Notes under the pieces: generated by a model
Told to the model about the DNA's origin: nothing
What the model saw: only the letters and a program-made list of their open reading frames with translations
The model's database searches: none
From: a virus
DNA: 63,683 nt
Reading direction: 5' to 3' (one strand)
IMG/VR virus record: IMGVR_UViG_3300010361_000005
Location: 1 to 63,683 of that record
Shown here: in pieces, positions 26,691 through 36,260 of the stretch
How the letters are laid out: every line of letters starts with the position of its first letter
Position numbering within the stretch: position 1 is the first letter of the stretch
Position numbers and translations under genes: made by a program

Positions 26691-28720
26691 TGCCAATCAA
26701 GGGGTCACCCGCATCCGCAACTGAGATCGTCGCCCTGCACTCGGGCAAGATGTCCGACCAGCTGGAGGCACTGGCTGAGGATATCGACATCGTCTCCTTC
26801 CAGACGGAGATACAGAACGAGCTCAGCATCGACCTGACCAACACGATCAGCTCAGCGATCATTCAGCGTACGATCGAGGGAGCGAGCACGCTAACCATCG
26901 TGGTCGAGGACGATCTTGACCGCACGATCCAGAACAGCGGTCGTCTAGGTCGGCACGTGGACGTGGAACTTGATGGCCTCTACTTCACGTTGGTTGGCGT
27001 CAAGAAGCAGGCACGCCAGCTGACGCTCGTGTTCGAGGATCGCGAGGTCAACGTTCTCCGCTACTACAACTCCTTCATCCAGGCTGATCGCACCAACGTC
27101 ACCCGCGCACAGTTCGTTCTCCGCATGATACGTGAGGTGAAGGAAGTGCCGCTGTCCTGGGTCATCCCAGAGCTCCACGTTACGCAGGCGATCAGCGACA
27201 TTCAGCCCAACCAGGTGATCTACGCCGCTGGTACTCCACAGATTACTCCGGCCACGGATCCTGTGACCAAGCAGAAGATGAAGAAGGAGCGAGCCAAGGG
27301 TATCCCTTCCCCGCAGGACACCCATGGGCTAACGGTACGCGGAGCGCCGATGGACACGGAGCAGTGGCAGAACGCTGTGACCATCATCAACACCGGCGTC
27401 GCGATGAAGTGCAACACCAAGGTAATCGTATCCTCCATCATGACGGCGATCGACGAAAGCAACATTCGCAACCTGACCGGTGGCGACCGAGACAGCGTCG
27501 GAGTGTTCCAACAGCGTCCGAGCATGGGCTGGCCTGCCTCACGAAACGTGGCCACCGATGCGGCAGCCTATCTCAGAGCAGCGGTGAGTGTGGACCAGGG
27601 CAACCCACAGCTGAGCCTGAACGATCTCTGCCAGAGTGTTCAGCACAGCGGTACTCCGTATGCTTATGGCGCGTTCCAGGTTGAGGCTGATAACATCGTG
27701 AAGGCTTATGGGCTTGACGTGAAGTCAGGCCTGGTTGATCCAAAATACGGGGTCAACAACATGGCCGACACGAGCACTGTCAACCCTGACTACAGCACGG
27801 GACCGTTCTTCTTCACGCGCGGTACGCTGACCACCGATCAAGCTGGCGAGACGCTGCTGACCAAGGAGGACAGCTGGACGTGCATCAAGCGTCTGGCAAG
27901 CGAGGTCAACTGGCGAGCGTTCTGCGTCAGCGGTGTGATCTACTTCATCGATGACAAGGATCTGTTTGCCAGCAAGCCGTTCATGGTCATTAGCGAGGAC
28001 AGCGACGGCATTGACTGGATTGACTACGACTACGACGAGGGCAAGCGTAAGGCTACCGTAACCGTCACCGCACACCTGTCGCGCTGGAGTGCTCCTCCTG
28101 GCTGCACGGTGCAGTGTGTTGACAGCGGCATCGTCAACGGCAAGTGGCTAGTGCAGGACATCAGCCGTAGTCTGTACGATCGCATCGCCACCATCACCAT
28201 GATCAAGCCTCAGCCGGTACTGCCCGAGCCAACGACCAGTCCTACCTCGCAGGCGATGGACCAGGCAACGGGTGCGACCAACGGCACAAACAAGAAGGCA
28301 CAGCCTGGTGGAGCGCGAGCCGGTTACGAGGGACCGCTGTCTACGAAGCAGAACAAGATCGTGTCCTTTGCGCGGCAGCAACTGGGCGTCACCTATGTAT
28401 ATGGAGCAGAGACGCCTGGCAAGGCATTCGACTGCTCCGGGCTGGCACAAGCAGCTTACAGCGCCGCGAACATTCAGATCCCGCGTGTAGCGCAGGATCA
28501 GTTCAATGCAGGCACTCCCATCTATCCGCCAGCCACCCTGCAGCCTGCAGATCTAGTATTCTTCGGAGCCAATTCCAGCAGCATAGAGCACGTGGGCATC
28601 TACATTGGGAACGGAGCCATGATCGATGCACCGCACACTGGAGCGGTAGTGCGCGTTGATGATGGCTTCACGTCGTGGACGAATCCACCTTACGCGGGAG
28701 CGGTGCGACTGTGGCAGTGA
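26690..28720 (+). CDS. baseplate hub-like protein (XkdQ-like) with C-terminal NlpC/P60 endopeptidase
   Basis: NlpC/P60 motifs YVYGAETPGKAFDCSGLAQAAY ... HVGIYIGNGAMIDAPHTG (about 28352-28720); central GDRDSVGVFQQRPSMGWP motif. Confidence 0.75.
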   Translation: MPIKGSPASATEIVALHSGKMSDQLEALAEDIDIVSFQTEIQNELSIDLTNTISSAIIQRTIEGASTLTIVVEDDLDRTIQNSGRLGRHVDVELDGLYFTLVGVKKQARQLTLVFEDREVNVLRYYNSFIQADRTNVTRAQFVLRMIREVKEVPLSWVIPELHVTQAISDIQPNQVIYAAGTPQITPATDPVTKQKMKKERAKGIPSPQDTHGLTVRGAPMDTEQWQNAVTIINTGVAMKCNTKVIVSSIMTAIDESNIRNLTGGDRDSVGVFQQRPSMGWPASRNVATDAAAYLRAAVSVDQGNPQLSLNDLCQSVQHSGTPYAYGAFQVEADNIVKAYGLDVKSGLVDPKYGVNNMADTSTVNPDYSTGPFFFTRGTLTTDQAGETLLTKEDSWTCIKRLASEVNWRAFCVSGVIYFIDDKDLFASKPFMVISEDSDGIDWIDYDYDEGKRKATVTVTAHLSRWSAPPGCTVQCVDSGIVNGKWLVQDISRSLYDRIATITMIKPQPVLPEPTTSPTSQAMDQATGATNGTNKKAQPGGARAGYEGPLSTKQNKIVSFARQQLGVTYVYGAETPGKAFDCSGLAQAAYSAANIQIPRVAQDQFNAGTPIYPPATLQPADLVFFGANSSSIEHVGIYIGNGAMIDAPHTGAVVRVDDGFTSWTNPPYAGAVRLWQ

Positions 28721-29439
28721 TCCAGGACCTGATCCCAGAGGCACAGAAGCATGGCCGTGGTGTCATGCAGGGAACCTGGAAAGGAATCATCGCCAACAAT
28801 CCCTCTGCGTTTGGTAAGCAGGTGTACGTCATCATCCCGGATATCAGCAAGGATCACCGTTGGGGTCCCTGTAACTGGCAGCCGCAGGACAACATGAACC
28901 TGCCCGTAGTGGGTAACTCCTGTCTCGTCGTTTTCGATAATCAGCGTGCTCCCTGGGTCTCAAACTGGTGGACAGGGCAACCACCGAATGTACAGAATGG
29001 TAAGTGGGTGCATGGTGTTGGTGGCGCTGCTATTTGGGATGCCATCGGTCCGGCGGACGTCGGTGGTGCTGGTCTAGTCTACGCTGGTGGCTCCAGTGGG
29101 GCTATGGGTGGACCATGGCCAAAAAGCTGGACGGTGACGCTTCCGAAGAAATCAGACGTAACCCTGACGGTTTCGGCAAGTATCTATACCGATGGTGCAG
29201 GCTCTGCCGGAATGAATGGATTTATGGTCAACTGGGACGGGAGTCAGCTACCGTGTTACGCCGACATGTTCTTCAACGAGACTCTGAGTCACAAGATGCT
29301 TACTGTAACTAACACCATTCGTGGGGCGGCTGCTGGGCCTCACACGATACAAGTAGCAGCACCGTCAGCGTATCCGCATTGCGCCTCTGATGCAAATGAC
29401 CGTGCAACCTTCTCGGCTATCTGTGTGGCGGTACCCTGA
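28717..29439 (+). CDS. baseplate spike/gpV-like protein (XkdR-like)
   Basis: GTGA overlap; N-terminal OB-like GTWKGIIANNPSAFGKQVYVIIPDIS...VVGNSCLVVF. Confidence 0.5.
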   Translation: MIQDLIPEAQKHGRGVMQGTWKGIIANNPSAFGKQVYVIIPDISKDHRWGPCNWQPQDNMNLPVVGNSCLVVFDNQRAPWVSNWWTGQPPNVQNGKWVHGVGGAAIWDAIGPADVGGAGLVYAGGSSGAMGGPWPKSWTVTLPKKSDVTLTVSASIYTDGAGSAGMNGFMVNWDGSQLPCYADMFFNETLSHKMLTVTNTIRGAAAGPHTIQVAAPSAYPHCASDANDRATFSAICVAVP

Positions 29440-29765
29440 TGGCTACTGTCCCACATTTTGACATGCCCTTCCGGTTCGGATCTGCCGGTTCACACGTTGC
29501 GGTTGTGGAGCAGAACACCGGGGAGGATGTCACCAACTGCGTCGAGACCATCCTGCGTACAACGCGAGGCACGCGGTTGTATGTACCCAACTTCGGCATC
29601 ACGGATCCCACCTTCAGCATCAAGCCACTGCCCACGATGGTCACGGATCAGATGGAACAAGAGGTAGTGGAGAACGAGCCGAGAGCAATCGTAGCCTTCA
29701 CCGATCTTGGCACCATACTCGAACCGATGGTCGCGAACATCATTGCGGAGGTGAACAATGAGTAG
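29439..29765 (+). CDS. baseplate wedge protein, gp25/GpW-like (XkdS-like)
   Basis: 108 aa; VETILRTTRGTRLYVPNFGI matches the gp25-family core motif. Confidence 0.6.
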   Translation: MATVPHFDMPFRFGSAGSHVAVVEQNTGEDVTNCVETILRTTRGTRLYVPNFGITDPTFSIKPLPTMVTDQMEQEVVENEPRAIVAFTDLGTILEPMVANIIAEVNNE

Positions 29766-30951
29766 CACTGGTTACATCACCTATCCGATCACGGCCGATG
29801 CTCGTGACCTGATGCAGCGAGCGTTCGACTACCTGGGCGTGAAGGTGCCTGGGTGGACACCGGCGGAAGGGAACCTGGATGTCTGGATGATTGAGGCATT
29901 CGGCAACGAGGCTGCCGACATCCAGACGCTCGCCACCGAGGTACCGAAGAGTCTGTTCCGGTACATGGGTAGCAAACTGTTCGGCATTCAGCCGATCAAC
30001 GCTGTGGCCGCTACCTGTACCTCAACCTGGACGCTGACCGACAGCAATGGTCATACTATCCCTGCAGGCACGCAGGTCTCCATCAACGACGCGGCTGGCA
30101 ACCCTAATCCGTTCACCGTACTGTTCGACGTCATCGTGCCTGGTGGCTCGAACGCAACCCCTGCCGGTGCTGTCTCTCTCATGGCGTCCAATCCTGGGGC
30201 CGCTGCCAGCGGGATAGGCAGTGCCGGCGGGTCTGTCAACTTGATTGATCCTCTGGCCTGGGTCAATACGATCACGCAGGTGGCCGTGACTGCTGGTGGG
30301 ATCGATGCTGAGACAGACGATGCTTACCTGGATCGCCTCAGTAATGAACTACAGGCAATGTCTCCGCGTCCCATCCTTGCCTCTGACTTCGCGATCCTGG
30401 CAGAGAACGTAGCGGGTGTACAGCGGTCCATGGCCATTGATGGGTACAACCCTGGCGATGGTACCTCGAACAACCAGCGCATGGTTACGGTGTACTCACT
30501 CGACAGCACGGGCAGTCCAGTGAGTGCCGGCGTGAAGACAAATGTCCAGACGTACCTACAGAGCATGCGCGAGATCAACTTCATCGTCAACGTAGATGAT
30601 CCAGTGAAGCGTGAGATCGACGTTACGACCGCCGTTGTGATGAATGTAGGCTACCAGGCTGCGGATATCATCAACCGTGTTCAGCAGGCCATCATCAACT
30701 TCCTGAACCCAGCAACCTGGGGCATCTCGCCATCGGATAACCCGAACGATCCGATCACCTGGATCAACACGCCGACGATCAACCGTCTCGAGTTGGCGAG
30801 TGCGATCACTACAGTCGTTGGTGTGAACGTGATCAACACCCTTACGCTCGGCGCACACGGCGGAGCGCAGGCTGCTACGGACTACCTGATGCCTGGCAAG
30901 GCTCCTGTTCCGTTCACCCAAGTAGCTGACCTGACTGTGACGGCAAGCTGA
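29758..30951 (+). CDS. baseplate J-like protein (XkdT-like)
   Basis: 397 aa directly after the gp25-like gene. Confidence 0.6.
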   Translation: MSSTGYITYPITADARDLMQRAFDYLGVKVPGWTPAEGNLDVWMIEAFGNEAADIQTLATEVPKSLFRYMGSKLFGIQPINAVAATCTSTWTLTDSNGHTIPAGTQVSINDAAGNPNPFTVLFDVIVPGGSNATPAGAVSLMASNPGAAASGIGSAGGSVNLIDPLAWVNTITQVAVTAGGIDAETDDAYLDRLSNELQAMSPRPILASDFAILAENVAGVQRSMAIDGYNPGDGTSNNQRMVTVYSLDSTGSPVSAGVKTNVQTYLQSMREINFIVNVDDPVKREIDVTTAVVMNVGYQAADIINRVQQAIINFLNPATWGISPSDNPNDPITWINTPTINRLELASAITTVVGVNVINTLTLGAHGGAQAATDYLMPGKAPVPFTQVADLTVTAS

Positions 30952-31577
30952 TGCCTGCTCCCACCGACGCTGGCTCCTTCGCACAGGCAATGTATGCCCA
31001 GATGCTGCCCGTGCAGAATGCTGAGAATCAGACCGGGTGGGCGCTGATCACATACCTGGGTGCTCTTGGGCAAATGCTGCAGGATCTGGACTACCTCGCG
31101 CACGCACCCGATGCTAAGCACCCGGTCTGGTTCAACCTCATCGACCTGGACGCGGTACCGGACAACGGTGTGCCCTGGCTCGGGCAGTTCATCGGCATTC
31201 ACGCCCAGCCGGGTCTGACCCCTGCCCAGCAACGTCAGCAACTGAGGGACAAGGTTGGCTGGCAACGCGGCACACCGGCAGCAGTATCAGCGGCCATCGC
31301 GCTGTTTCTGACTGGCACCAAGACGGTTCAGATGAACGAGCGCGACAGCAGCCCGTATCACTTCACCGCGACGATTTGGACAAATGAGCTGACGCCGAAT
31401 ACTGCGGCGCAGGTAACTAACTACGTCAATCAGTTTGCGAAGCCTGCCGGTCTGCAGTGGACGCTGACGGTCAACCCTGGCTCGCCACCCGCTGTGACGT
31501 ATGCGCAGATCTATACCCGTGGTGACACCTACGGCTCCATTTATACAAGCTTCCAGACCTACGCAGACATCCACTAG
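30951..31577 (+). CDS. baseplate/tail protein (XkdU/P2 gpI-like)
   Basis: 208 aa, TGATG junction after the J-like gene. Confidence 0.5.
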   Translation: MPAPTDAGSFAQAMYAQMLPVQNAENQTGWALITYLGALGQMLQDLDYLAHAPDAKHPVWFNLIDLDAVPDNGVPWLGQFIGIHAQPGLTPAQQRQQLRDKVGWQRGTPAAVSAAIALFLTGTKTVQMNERDSSPYHFTATIWTNELTPNTAAQVTNYVNQFAKPAGLQWTLTVNPGSPPAVTYAQIYTRGDTYGSIYTSFQTYADIH

Positions 31578-31585
31578 GGAGGGCT

Positions 31586-32137
31586 ATGCTCACTACAACC
31601 AGAAGGGGGATTCAGTACCCGAACACGGATCGTAGCGACCGTGCTGACATTGCCCTTCATATGTCGTATCTCGCGCTCGCTACGGACGTTGATGTCCTGT
31701 TCAATCAGGGCACCGACGCTGCGCGGCAGGCGGCAGCGCACCAGAGTGGTGGCGGTAGGTTCTGGTGGGCTACTGACAGCAAGGTGATGTGGTACGATGA
31801 CGGCGCTGCTTGGCAGCAGGTCATCCCGACCACGCCGATCAACCTGCAGACGGCGAGTTACACGCTCACACTTGCAGACATCAACGGTATTGTGGAAATG
31901 AACGTAGCCGGTGCTAACAATCTCACCGTACCAAATGACACACTCGCGAACTTCCAGATCGGTTCATCGGTGACCATCTCACAGCTGGGAGCGGGACAGA
32001 CTACGCTCGTAGCGGCCAGCGGTGTTACGCTACGGTCTTACAACAACAGTCTGAGACTGGCTGGACAGTACGGTCTCTGCTCTCTGGTCAAGCGTGCCGC
32101 GAATGATTGGTATGCAGCCGGGAACCTGGTGCCCTAA
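31586..32137 (+). CDS. tail fibre-like protein (183 aa)
   Basis: Position after baseplate genes; SD GGGAGGG upstream. Confidence 0.45.
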   Translation: MLTTTRRGIQYPNTDRSDRADIALHMSYLALATDVDVLFNQGTDAARQAAAHQSGGGRFWWATDSKVMWYDDGAAWQQVIPTTPINLQTASYTLTLADINGIVEMNVAGANNLTVPNDTLANFQIGSSVTISQLGAGQTTLVAASGVTLRSYNNSLRLAGQYGLCSLVKRAANDWYAAGNLVP

Positions 32138-33174
32138 TGCTCACGGCCAAGGTACCGGGCGTCCTCTGCATTGACCGCGTGGTTCCTGCTCTCACGATCA
32201 CCAGTCCTGCGGCTGGTAATGTAGCAGGTACAGCCACTATCGCTGCAACTGCTACGGACAATGACCAGATCGCTTCGGTGCAGTTTAGGATGGATGGAAA
32301 CATCATCGGTACGGTGACGGCTGCACCGTTCCAGATGAGTTATGACACACATGCTATCCTAAACGGTGCTCACACCATCACCGCTATTGCTACAGATCGC
32401 GTAGGCAACCAGACGACGAGGACGGTGGCCATCACTGTAGTGAACCAGCCTGCTGTGAACTTCTACAGCCCCGGCAACGGTGCAACTGTCAGCGGCAACA
32501 TGACGCTCGCCGCTACCGTGACGCAGTACAGCACCGGCGTCACCGTCTGGTTCTATGTGAACGGTAACAACATCTATGGCTACCGTAGTGGCAATGGCAC
32601 GTACTCCGTAGCCTACGACACGCATTACCTCGCGGTGGGCTGGAACACGATCACAGTCATCGCACAGGATGATGCGGGTCAGCAGACACGAATCGACTAC
32701 AGCGTGTACGTCAACAATAGCGCACCGGGCGCTGGCGTCACTCTGCTCGGCGACCATTGCTACTGGGACGGCGAAGGCTGGGACAACTACCGCCATAGCC
32801 CGCCTGCCTACGATGGCACGGGAGATACCTGGATCTGGTCAAACACCGGAGCGAAGTTCAACCCGGTTTACCTGCCGGGCAACCCTGATCCCACGCACTA
32901 CCAGATGCGGGTGTGGTGCCAGGTCAACCGTATTGAAGGAGGCTCAGATGGAAACGTCTGCTACCTTGACTTCCAGGTGGGAGGGGTTGTGGGATGGACA
33001 AACGTCTGGGCGAATGGTCCAGCCTACACAAACATCGGGCCGCTCTGGAATGTGAACGGTGGCAATGACTGTTATGCGAAGTGGTGGTGCAGCAGCCCGG
33101 GATGGAACACATGCTTCTGCATCGGCATTGGCTTCTACTACGACTTTGTAGTCAAGTCGGGTTACGCGAGTTAG
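32137..33174 (+). CDS. tail fibre/receptor-binding candidate with Ig-like repeats (345 aa)
   Basis: Two Big-like repeats (ITSPAAGNVAGTATIAATATDNDQIASVQF...; FYSPGNGATVSGNMTLAATVT...); Trp/Cys-rich C-terminal domain; last gene of the late operon. Confidence 0.55.
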   Translation: MLTAKVPGVLCIDRVVPALTITSPAAGNVAGTATIAATATDNDQIASVQFRMDGNIIGTVTAAPFQMSYDTHAILNGAHTITAIATDRVGNQTTRTVAITVVNQPAVNFYSPGNGATVSGNMTLAATVTQYSTGVTVWFYVNGNNIYGYRSGNGTYSVAYDTHYLAVGWNTITVIAQDDAGQQTRIDYSVYVNNSAPGAGVTLLGDHCYWDGEGWDNYRHSPPAYDGTGDTWIWSNTGAKFNPVYLPGNPDPTHYQMRVWCQVNRIEGGSDGNVCYLDFQVGGVVGWTNVWANGPAYTNIGPLWNVNGGNDCYAKWWCSSPGWNTCFCIGIGFYYDFVVKSGYAS

Positions 33175-33191
33175 CGTTACGCTGAGTCGCG

Positions 33192-33671
33192 TTATCGCAT
33201 CGCGTACTGCAGCCAGGTCAGCTCATTCAGCAGCTTCACGATCGCTGACTTAGCCCAGCGCTGCTGCAGAGGAGTCTTGTCTACTCCCCAAGTCGCTATG
33301 TAAGTGATGCGGTTCTGCAGCGTGACGCTGTGACCCTCCCACCACTTGTCCCAGACTACCTGGGCAGCCTCCTTCTTTACATCCTTGACGGTGCCCTTCG
33401 TGATGTCACCACCCCAGCCAGTGTGGCATTGGGCGGCAACGTGCGCGATGCGGCGGCACCGCTTCTTGTCTTGACTCAGTTCCGTACCCTCTGCATCACT
33501 GCCGAGTCGACGTGGGATTTGGGAGGCGGCCAGGGCTACATGGTACAAGAGGCGAAGCCTATCCCTTTCGACCTTCTCTATCTCCGATGGGTCGAAGTCC
33601 CTAACGCTTACTCCAGGATCGTAGTAGGCTGCTAGGAACGAACTAGCGGCTTTGGAGGAGCCTTTCTCCAT
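33192..33671 (-). CDS. hypothetical protein (159 aa)
   Basis: Last gene of the leftward operon, convergent with the late operon. Confidence 0.5.
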   Translation of the reverse strand: MEKGSSKAASSFLAAYYDPGVSVRDFDPSEIEKVERDRLRLLYHVALAASQIPRRLGSDAEGTELSQDKKRCRRIAHVAAQCHTGWGGDITKGTVKDVKKEAAQVVWDKWWEGHSVTLQNRITYIATWGVDKTPLQQRWAKSAIVKLLNELTWLQYAMR

Positions 33672-33717
33672 GGCCGGTCCTTTCGAGGTGGTAAGGTAGT
33701 GGGTCCATTCGTTCCAG

Positions 33718-33741
33718 CCATGGAGAAACGATTCTCCATGG
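33718..33741. promoter_or_regulatory. inverted repeat CCATGGAGAA-ACGA-TTCTCCATGG
   Basis: 10-bp perfect arms; a third TCTCCATGG copy lies at 33665-33673. Confidence 0.5.
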
Positions 33742-33748
33742 TCACCCG

Positions 33749-34084
33749 CTAGTAGCCAGCTAGCCTTTCCTGGCGGTCTTCCCGTTCACGCTGCTGATCG
33801 ATACGTGCAGCGTCCTGGCGAGCCTTCAGAAGCTTGGCGTGTGTTCTGTGGAATCTGCGGTCCTCGATGCGCTTATGCTCAAGCGCAATCAGGATCTTAC
33901 GCGCAGTCGCCTGCTGGACGGTACAGTGGACCCCATGAAGGATCCGCTGTACCGTCTGAGGCGACACAAGTGCGTATTGGGCTGCCGCCTGAGCGGTGCC
34001 ACACCGATCTACTAGCTCCTTGGTGTGTGGCTGAATCTTGGAGCAATCGATCGTCGACTTGTGATACTTCTCATAGCTACTCAC
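33749..34084 (-). CDS. helix-turn-helix DNA-binding protein (111 aa)
   Basis: GTGA overlap; HTH-like GTAQAAAQYALVSPQTVQRILHG; basic coiled C-terminus. Confidence 0.6.
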   Translation of the reverse strand: MSSYEKYHKSTIDCSKIQPHTKELVDRCGTAQAAAQYALVSPQTVQRILHGVHCTVQQATARKILIALEHKRIEDRRFHRTHAKLLKARQDAARIDQQREREDRQERLAGY

Positions 34085-35085
34085 TTGGGGCGATCTTCCT
34101 CAGACCAGGTGATGCCGGCGTTGGCGTTGGCCAGCCACTCCTCTACCTCAATGGCTGGGATGCCGTGCTCTGCATCATCCTTGCCCCACTCAATAGGTGG
34201 CACACCGGCAGCCGAGAAGGACTGAACGCGATCACGTATGGTGCAGCCCCGGTCAAGTTGACCCATGAACACGCAGTGTCCTGCCTTGTAGCACACCGGT
34301 GCGAATGTAGCAGGGATCGGTGAGGCTAGTCTCTGGAACTGCCAGTCAGACTTCTTGACCGAGTACTGGTTCTCCTTGCCAAAGTTGATCGGGTGACGGT
34401 AGCTGTACCCGGTCTTGTTACGGATGGCGCTGATGATGCCGATGAAGACGCTGCGCCACTCGAACTGTGCTTGTGTACAAAGCCGGTTGCCCGCGTGTTC
34501 GGTGAGTCCACGCAGGTTGGTCTTGTAGATCACACGAGTGGTCACGCAGTGCGGCAGGATGCCACGCGCGTCTTCAGCAGGGATGCCCAGGTCGATCAGC
34601 TTCTCGTAGGCATCGCCTACCTGCTGCATGATGTCGCACCAGATCTTGAACGCCGGTTCATCGCCGGCAGGCCCAGGTACGATGTGCGGCGGTAGGGCTG
34701 CCTCAGCGGCGATGCCTCGCTTGACCGCGAACCGCAGACTTTCCTGCGCGTACACGGCTGTGCGCTGACGTACTAGCTGATGCGTGAAGGAGCGCGTAAC
34801 TCCCTCAATCATGAACTGGAAGTCGATGAACTCCCATGGTGCCTTGAGGTGTGTCTTGAGGCTTTCTTCCCACGCCCATTCACGATCCTCGTCGGTCAGG
34901 TCTTGCAAGTCATACACCGGGTCGCCGCGATACATGCGGAAACCAGCAGCGAGCGAGCCGAGCGGATCAGGCGTGGCGCTGAGGAGGGTCACAGAGGGTA
35001 CCACGTTGCGACCCTCCTCGCGCCTGATCGGCTGCGACTCGTACATCGCTACGTCAGCGTACCGTATGATGTCCGAGCCGCTCAT
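34081..35085 (-). CDS. thyX: ThyX-like flavin-dependent thymidylate synthase homologue (divergent signature)
   Basis: ThyX-like layout; signature region reads QLVRQRTAVYAQESLRF instead of the canonical RHRxxSxxxxSxRY. Confidence 0.6.
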   Translation of the reverse strand: MSGSDIIRYADVAMYESQPIRREEGRNVVPSVTLLSATPDPLGSLAAGFRMYRGDPVYDLQDLTDEDREWAWEESLKTHLKAPWEFIDFQFMIEGVTRSFTHQLVRQRTAVYAQESLRFAVKRGIAAEAALPPHIVPGPAGDEPAFKIWCDIMQQVGDAYEKLIDLGIPAEDARGILPHCVTTRVIYKTNLRGLTEHAGNRLCTQAQFEWRSVFIGIISAIRNKTGYSYRHPINFGKENQYSVKKSDWQFQRLASPIPATFAPVCYKAGHCVFMGQLDRGCTIRDRVQSFSAAGVPPIEWGKDDAEHGIPAIEVEEWLANANAGITWSEEDRPK

Positions 35086-35087
35086 GC

Positions 35088-35483
35088 CTAACCTGCCTTT
35101 CTCTTCACGACAGCCTTGGCCGTCTTGGTCTTCATGAAGTCGGTCATGGTCGTTGCCTTAGGGCGCAACTTCCCAACCTCTCCGGTCAGATTCGGCTTGA
35201 GGGTGACCTGTGCCTTGACCGGAGGGCTGTCGGTTTCCTTGATGTTGGCGATGCCTCCGAAGCCGACAACCTCCTCTCCCTTCTTCCACCGCGCTCCCTT
35301 GACTTGCGGCGGTCGATAGCGCCAGGTGATGCGGCAGATGCCCGGTACGGTGAAGTCCTCACCGAGCGCAATCTCGTCTGCCGCCACCTCAGCGATAGCG
35401 TCCATGACCGACTTCACCAAGTTGGGCTTGATGCCGGTCATCTCTTGCACCTCAAGTGCAAGTTCGTGTTTCGTGAGTGACAC
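35088..35483 (-). CDS. HU/IHF-family DNA-binding protein with extended arm
   Basis: GTG start 5 nt after AAGGGAG; SLTKHELALEVQEMTGIKPNLVKSVMDAIAEVAADEIALGEDFTVPGI. Confidence 0.7.
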   Translation of the reverse strand: MSLTKHELALEVQEMTGIKPNLVKSVMDAIAEVAADEIALGEDFTVPGICRITWRYRPPQVKGARWKKGEEVVGFGGIANIKETDSPPVKAQVTLKPNLTGEVGKLRPKATTMTDFMKTKTAKAVVKRKAG

Positions 35484-35543
35484 GTTTGCTCCCTTGGTAG
35501 TGATTCTTACAGACCGCAGAAGTGTCGTGTTGTAGGCCACGGG

Positions 35544-35870
35544 TTACACCTTGACATGTTGGTTTCCCATCCACTTATCTCCGGATCGCCTCTTGTTGGA
35601 AGCTGCTACGGCTTCGCCGCTGACTTTGCGATTCAACTCGCTGGGTGATCTTCCCGAGTTATGATACCGAAGATGACATCCTATGTGTGTAGCTTTGAGG
35701 TTCTTCCTGCTGTTGTCTCCGGTGTCCCCATTTCTATGGTGAACAGCCAGAGCCTCAGAGGAATGACCTCCTCGTACCAGGATCGAAGTTTTGCATACCC
35801 AACAGTTCCATGGCGGTTCTTCGCCAAAGAACTTGTGGAATGCTCTCCGAGCGGTACGATATCTACACAT
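35544..35870 (-). CDS. HNH endonuclease
   Basis: CWVCK...HHRNGDTGDNSRKNLKATHIGCH. Confidence 0.75.
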   Translation of the reverse strand: MCRYRTARRAFHKFFGEEPPWNCWVCKTSILVRGGHSSEALAVHHRNGDTGDNSRKNLKATHIGCHLRYHNSGRSPSELNRKVSGEAVAASNKRRSGDKWMGNQHVKV

Positions 35871-36212
35871 CTATAGTCCGCACATGTGTCTGGTTACCGG
35901 CCAAGGGTTCCATCCCCGCACTGCTACTGCGTTCCTTCCGGCTTGTAACTGTGCCCACACGGGCCAGTGATCTGCCGTGCCCCATCGCCGGTAGAAGGAC
36001 CCTCCAAATGTCCTCATGAAGTTGGAGTCCATTTGAAGCCCACCATAGTAGCCGTAGCCACTGCTGTTGGGATCTGTCCAGCTTCCCTCGTACGAGTGAA
36101 TGCACAACAACCCGCTCGTCACGTAGTCCGATGAACCACCGGCTGCGTGTGAGCTTCCTACCATGATGAACGCCGCGCATAGCGCAGCTAGGATGACTCG
36201 TGCCTTTGGCAC
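35871..36212 (-). CDS. secreted Rpf-like transglycosylase-domain protein
   Basis: GTG start after GGAG; signal peptide MPKARVILAALCAAFIMVGSSHA; SYEGSWTDPNSSGYGYYGGLQM and GWNPWP...CGL resemble the Rpf/transglycosylase-like domain. Confidence 0.65.
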   Translation of the reverse strand: MPKARVILAALCAAFIMVGSSHAAGGSSDYVTSGLLCIHSYEGSWTDPNSSGYGYYGGLQMDSNFMRTFGGSFYRRWGTADHWPVWAQLQAGRNAVAVRGWNPWPVTRHMCGL

Positions 36213-36260
36213 TATTCTCCTGACGTTGATTGCAGGCCTCGCGAGCGCCCATCTCCTTCT

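Noticed and set aside
33175-33191. Bidirectional terminator between the convergent late and leftward operons
   Set aside because: Only a weak AGCGT-T-ACGCT palindrome is present in the 17-nt gap, which is too short to call.
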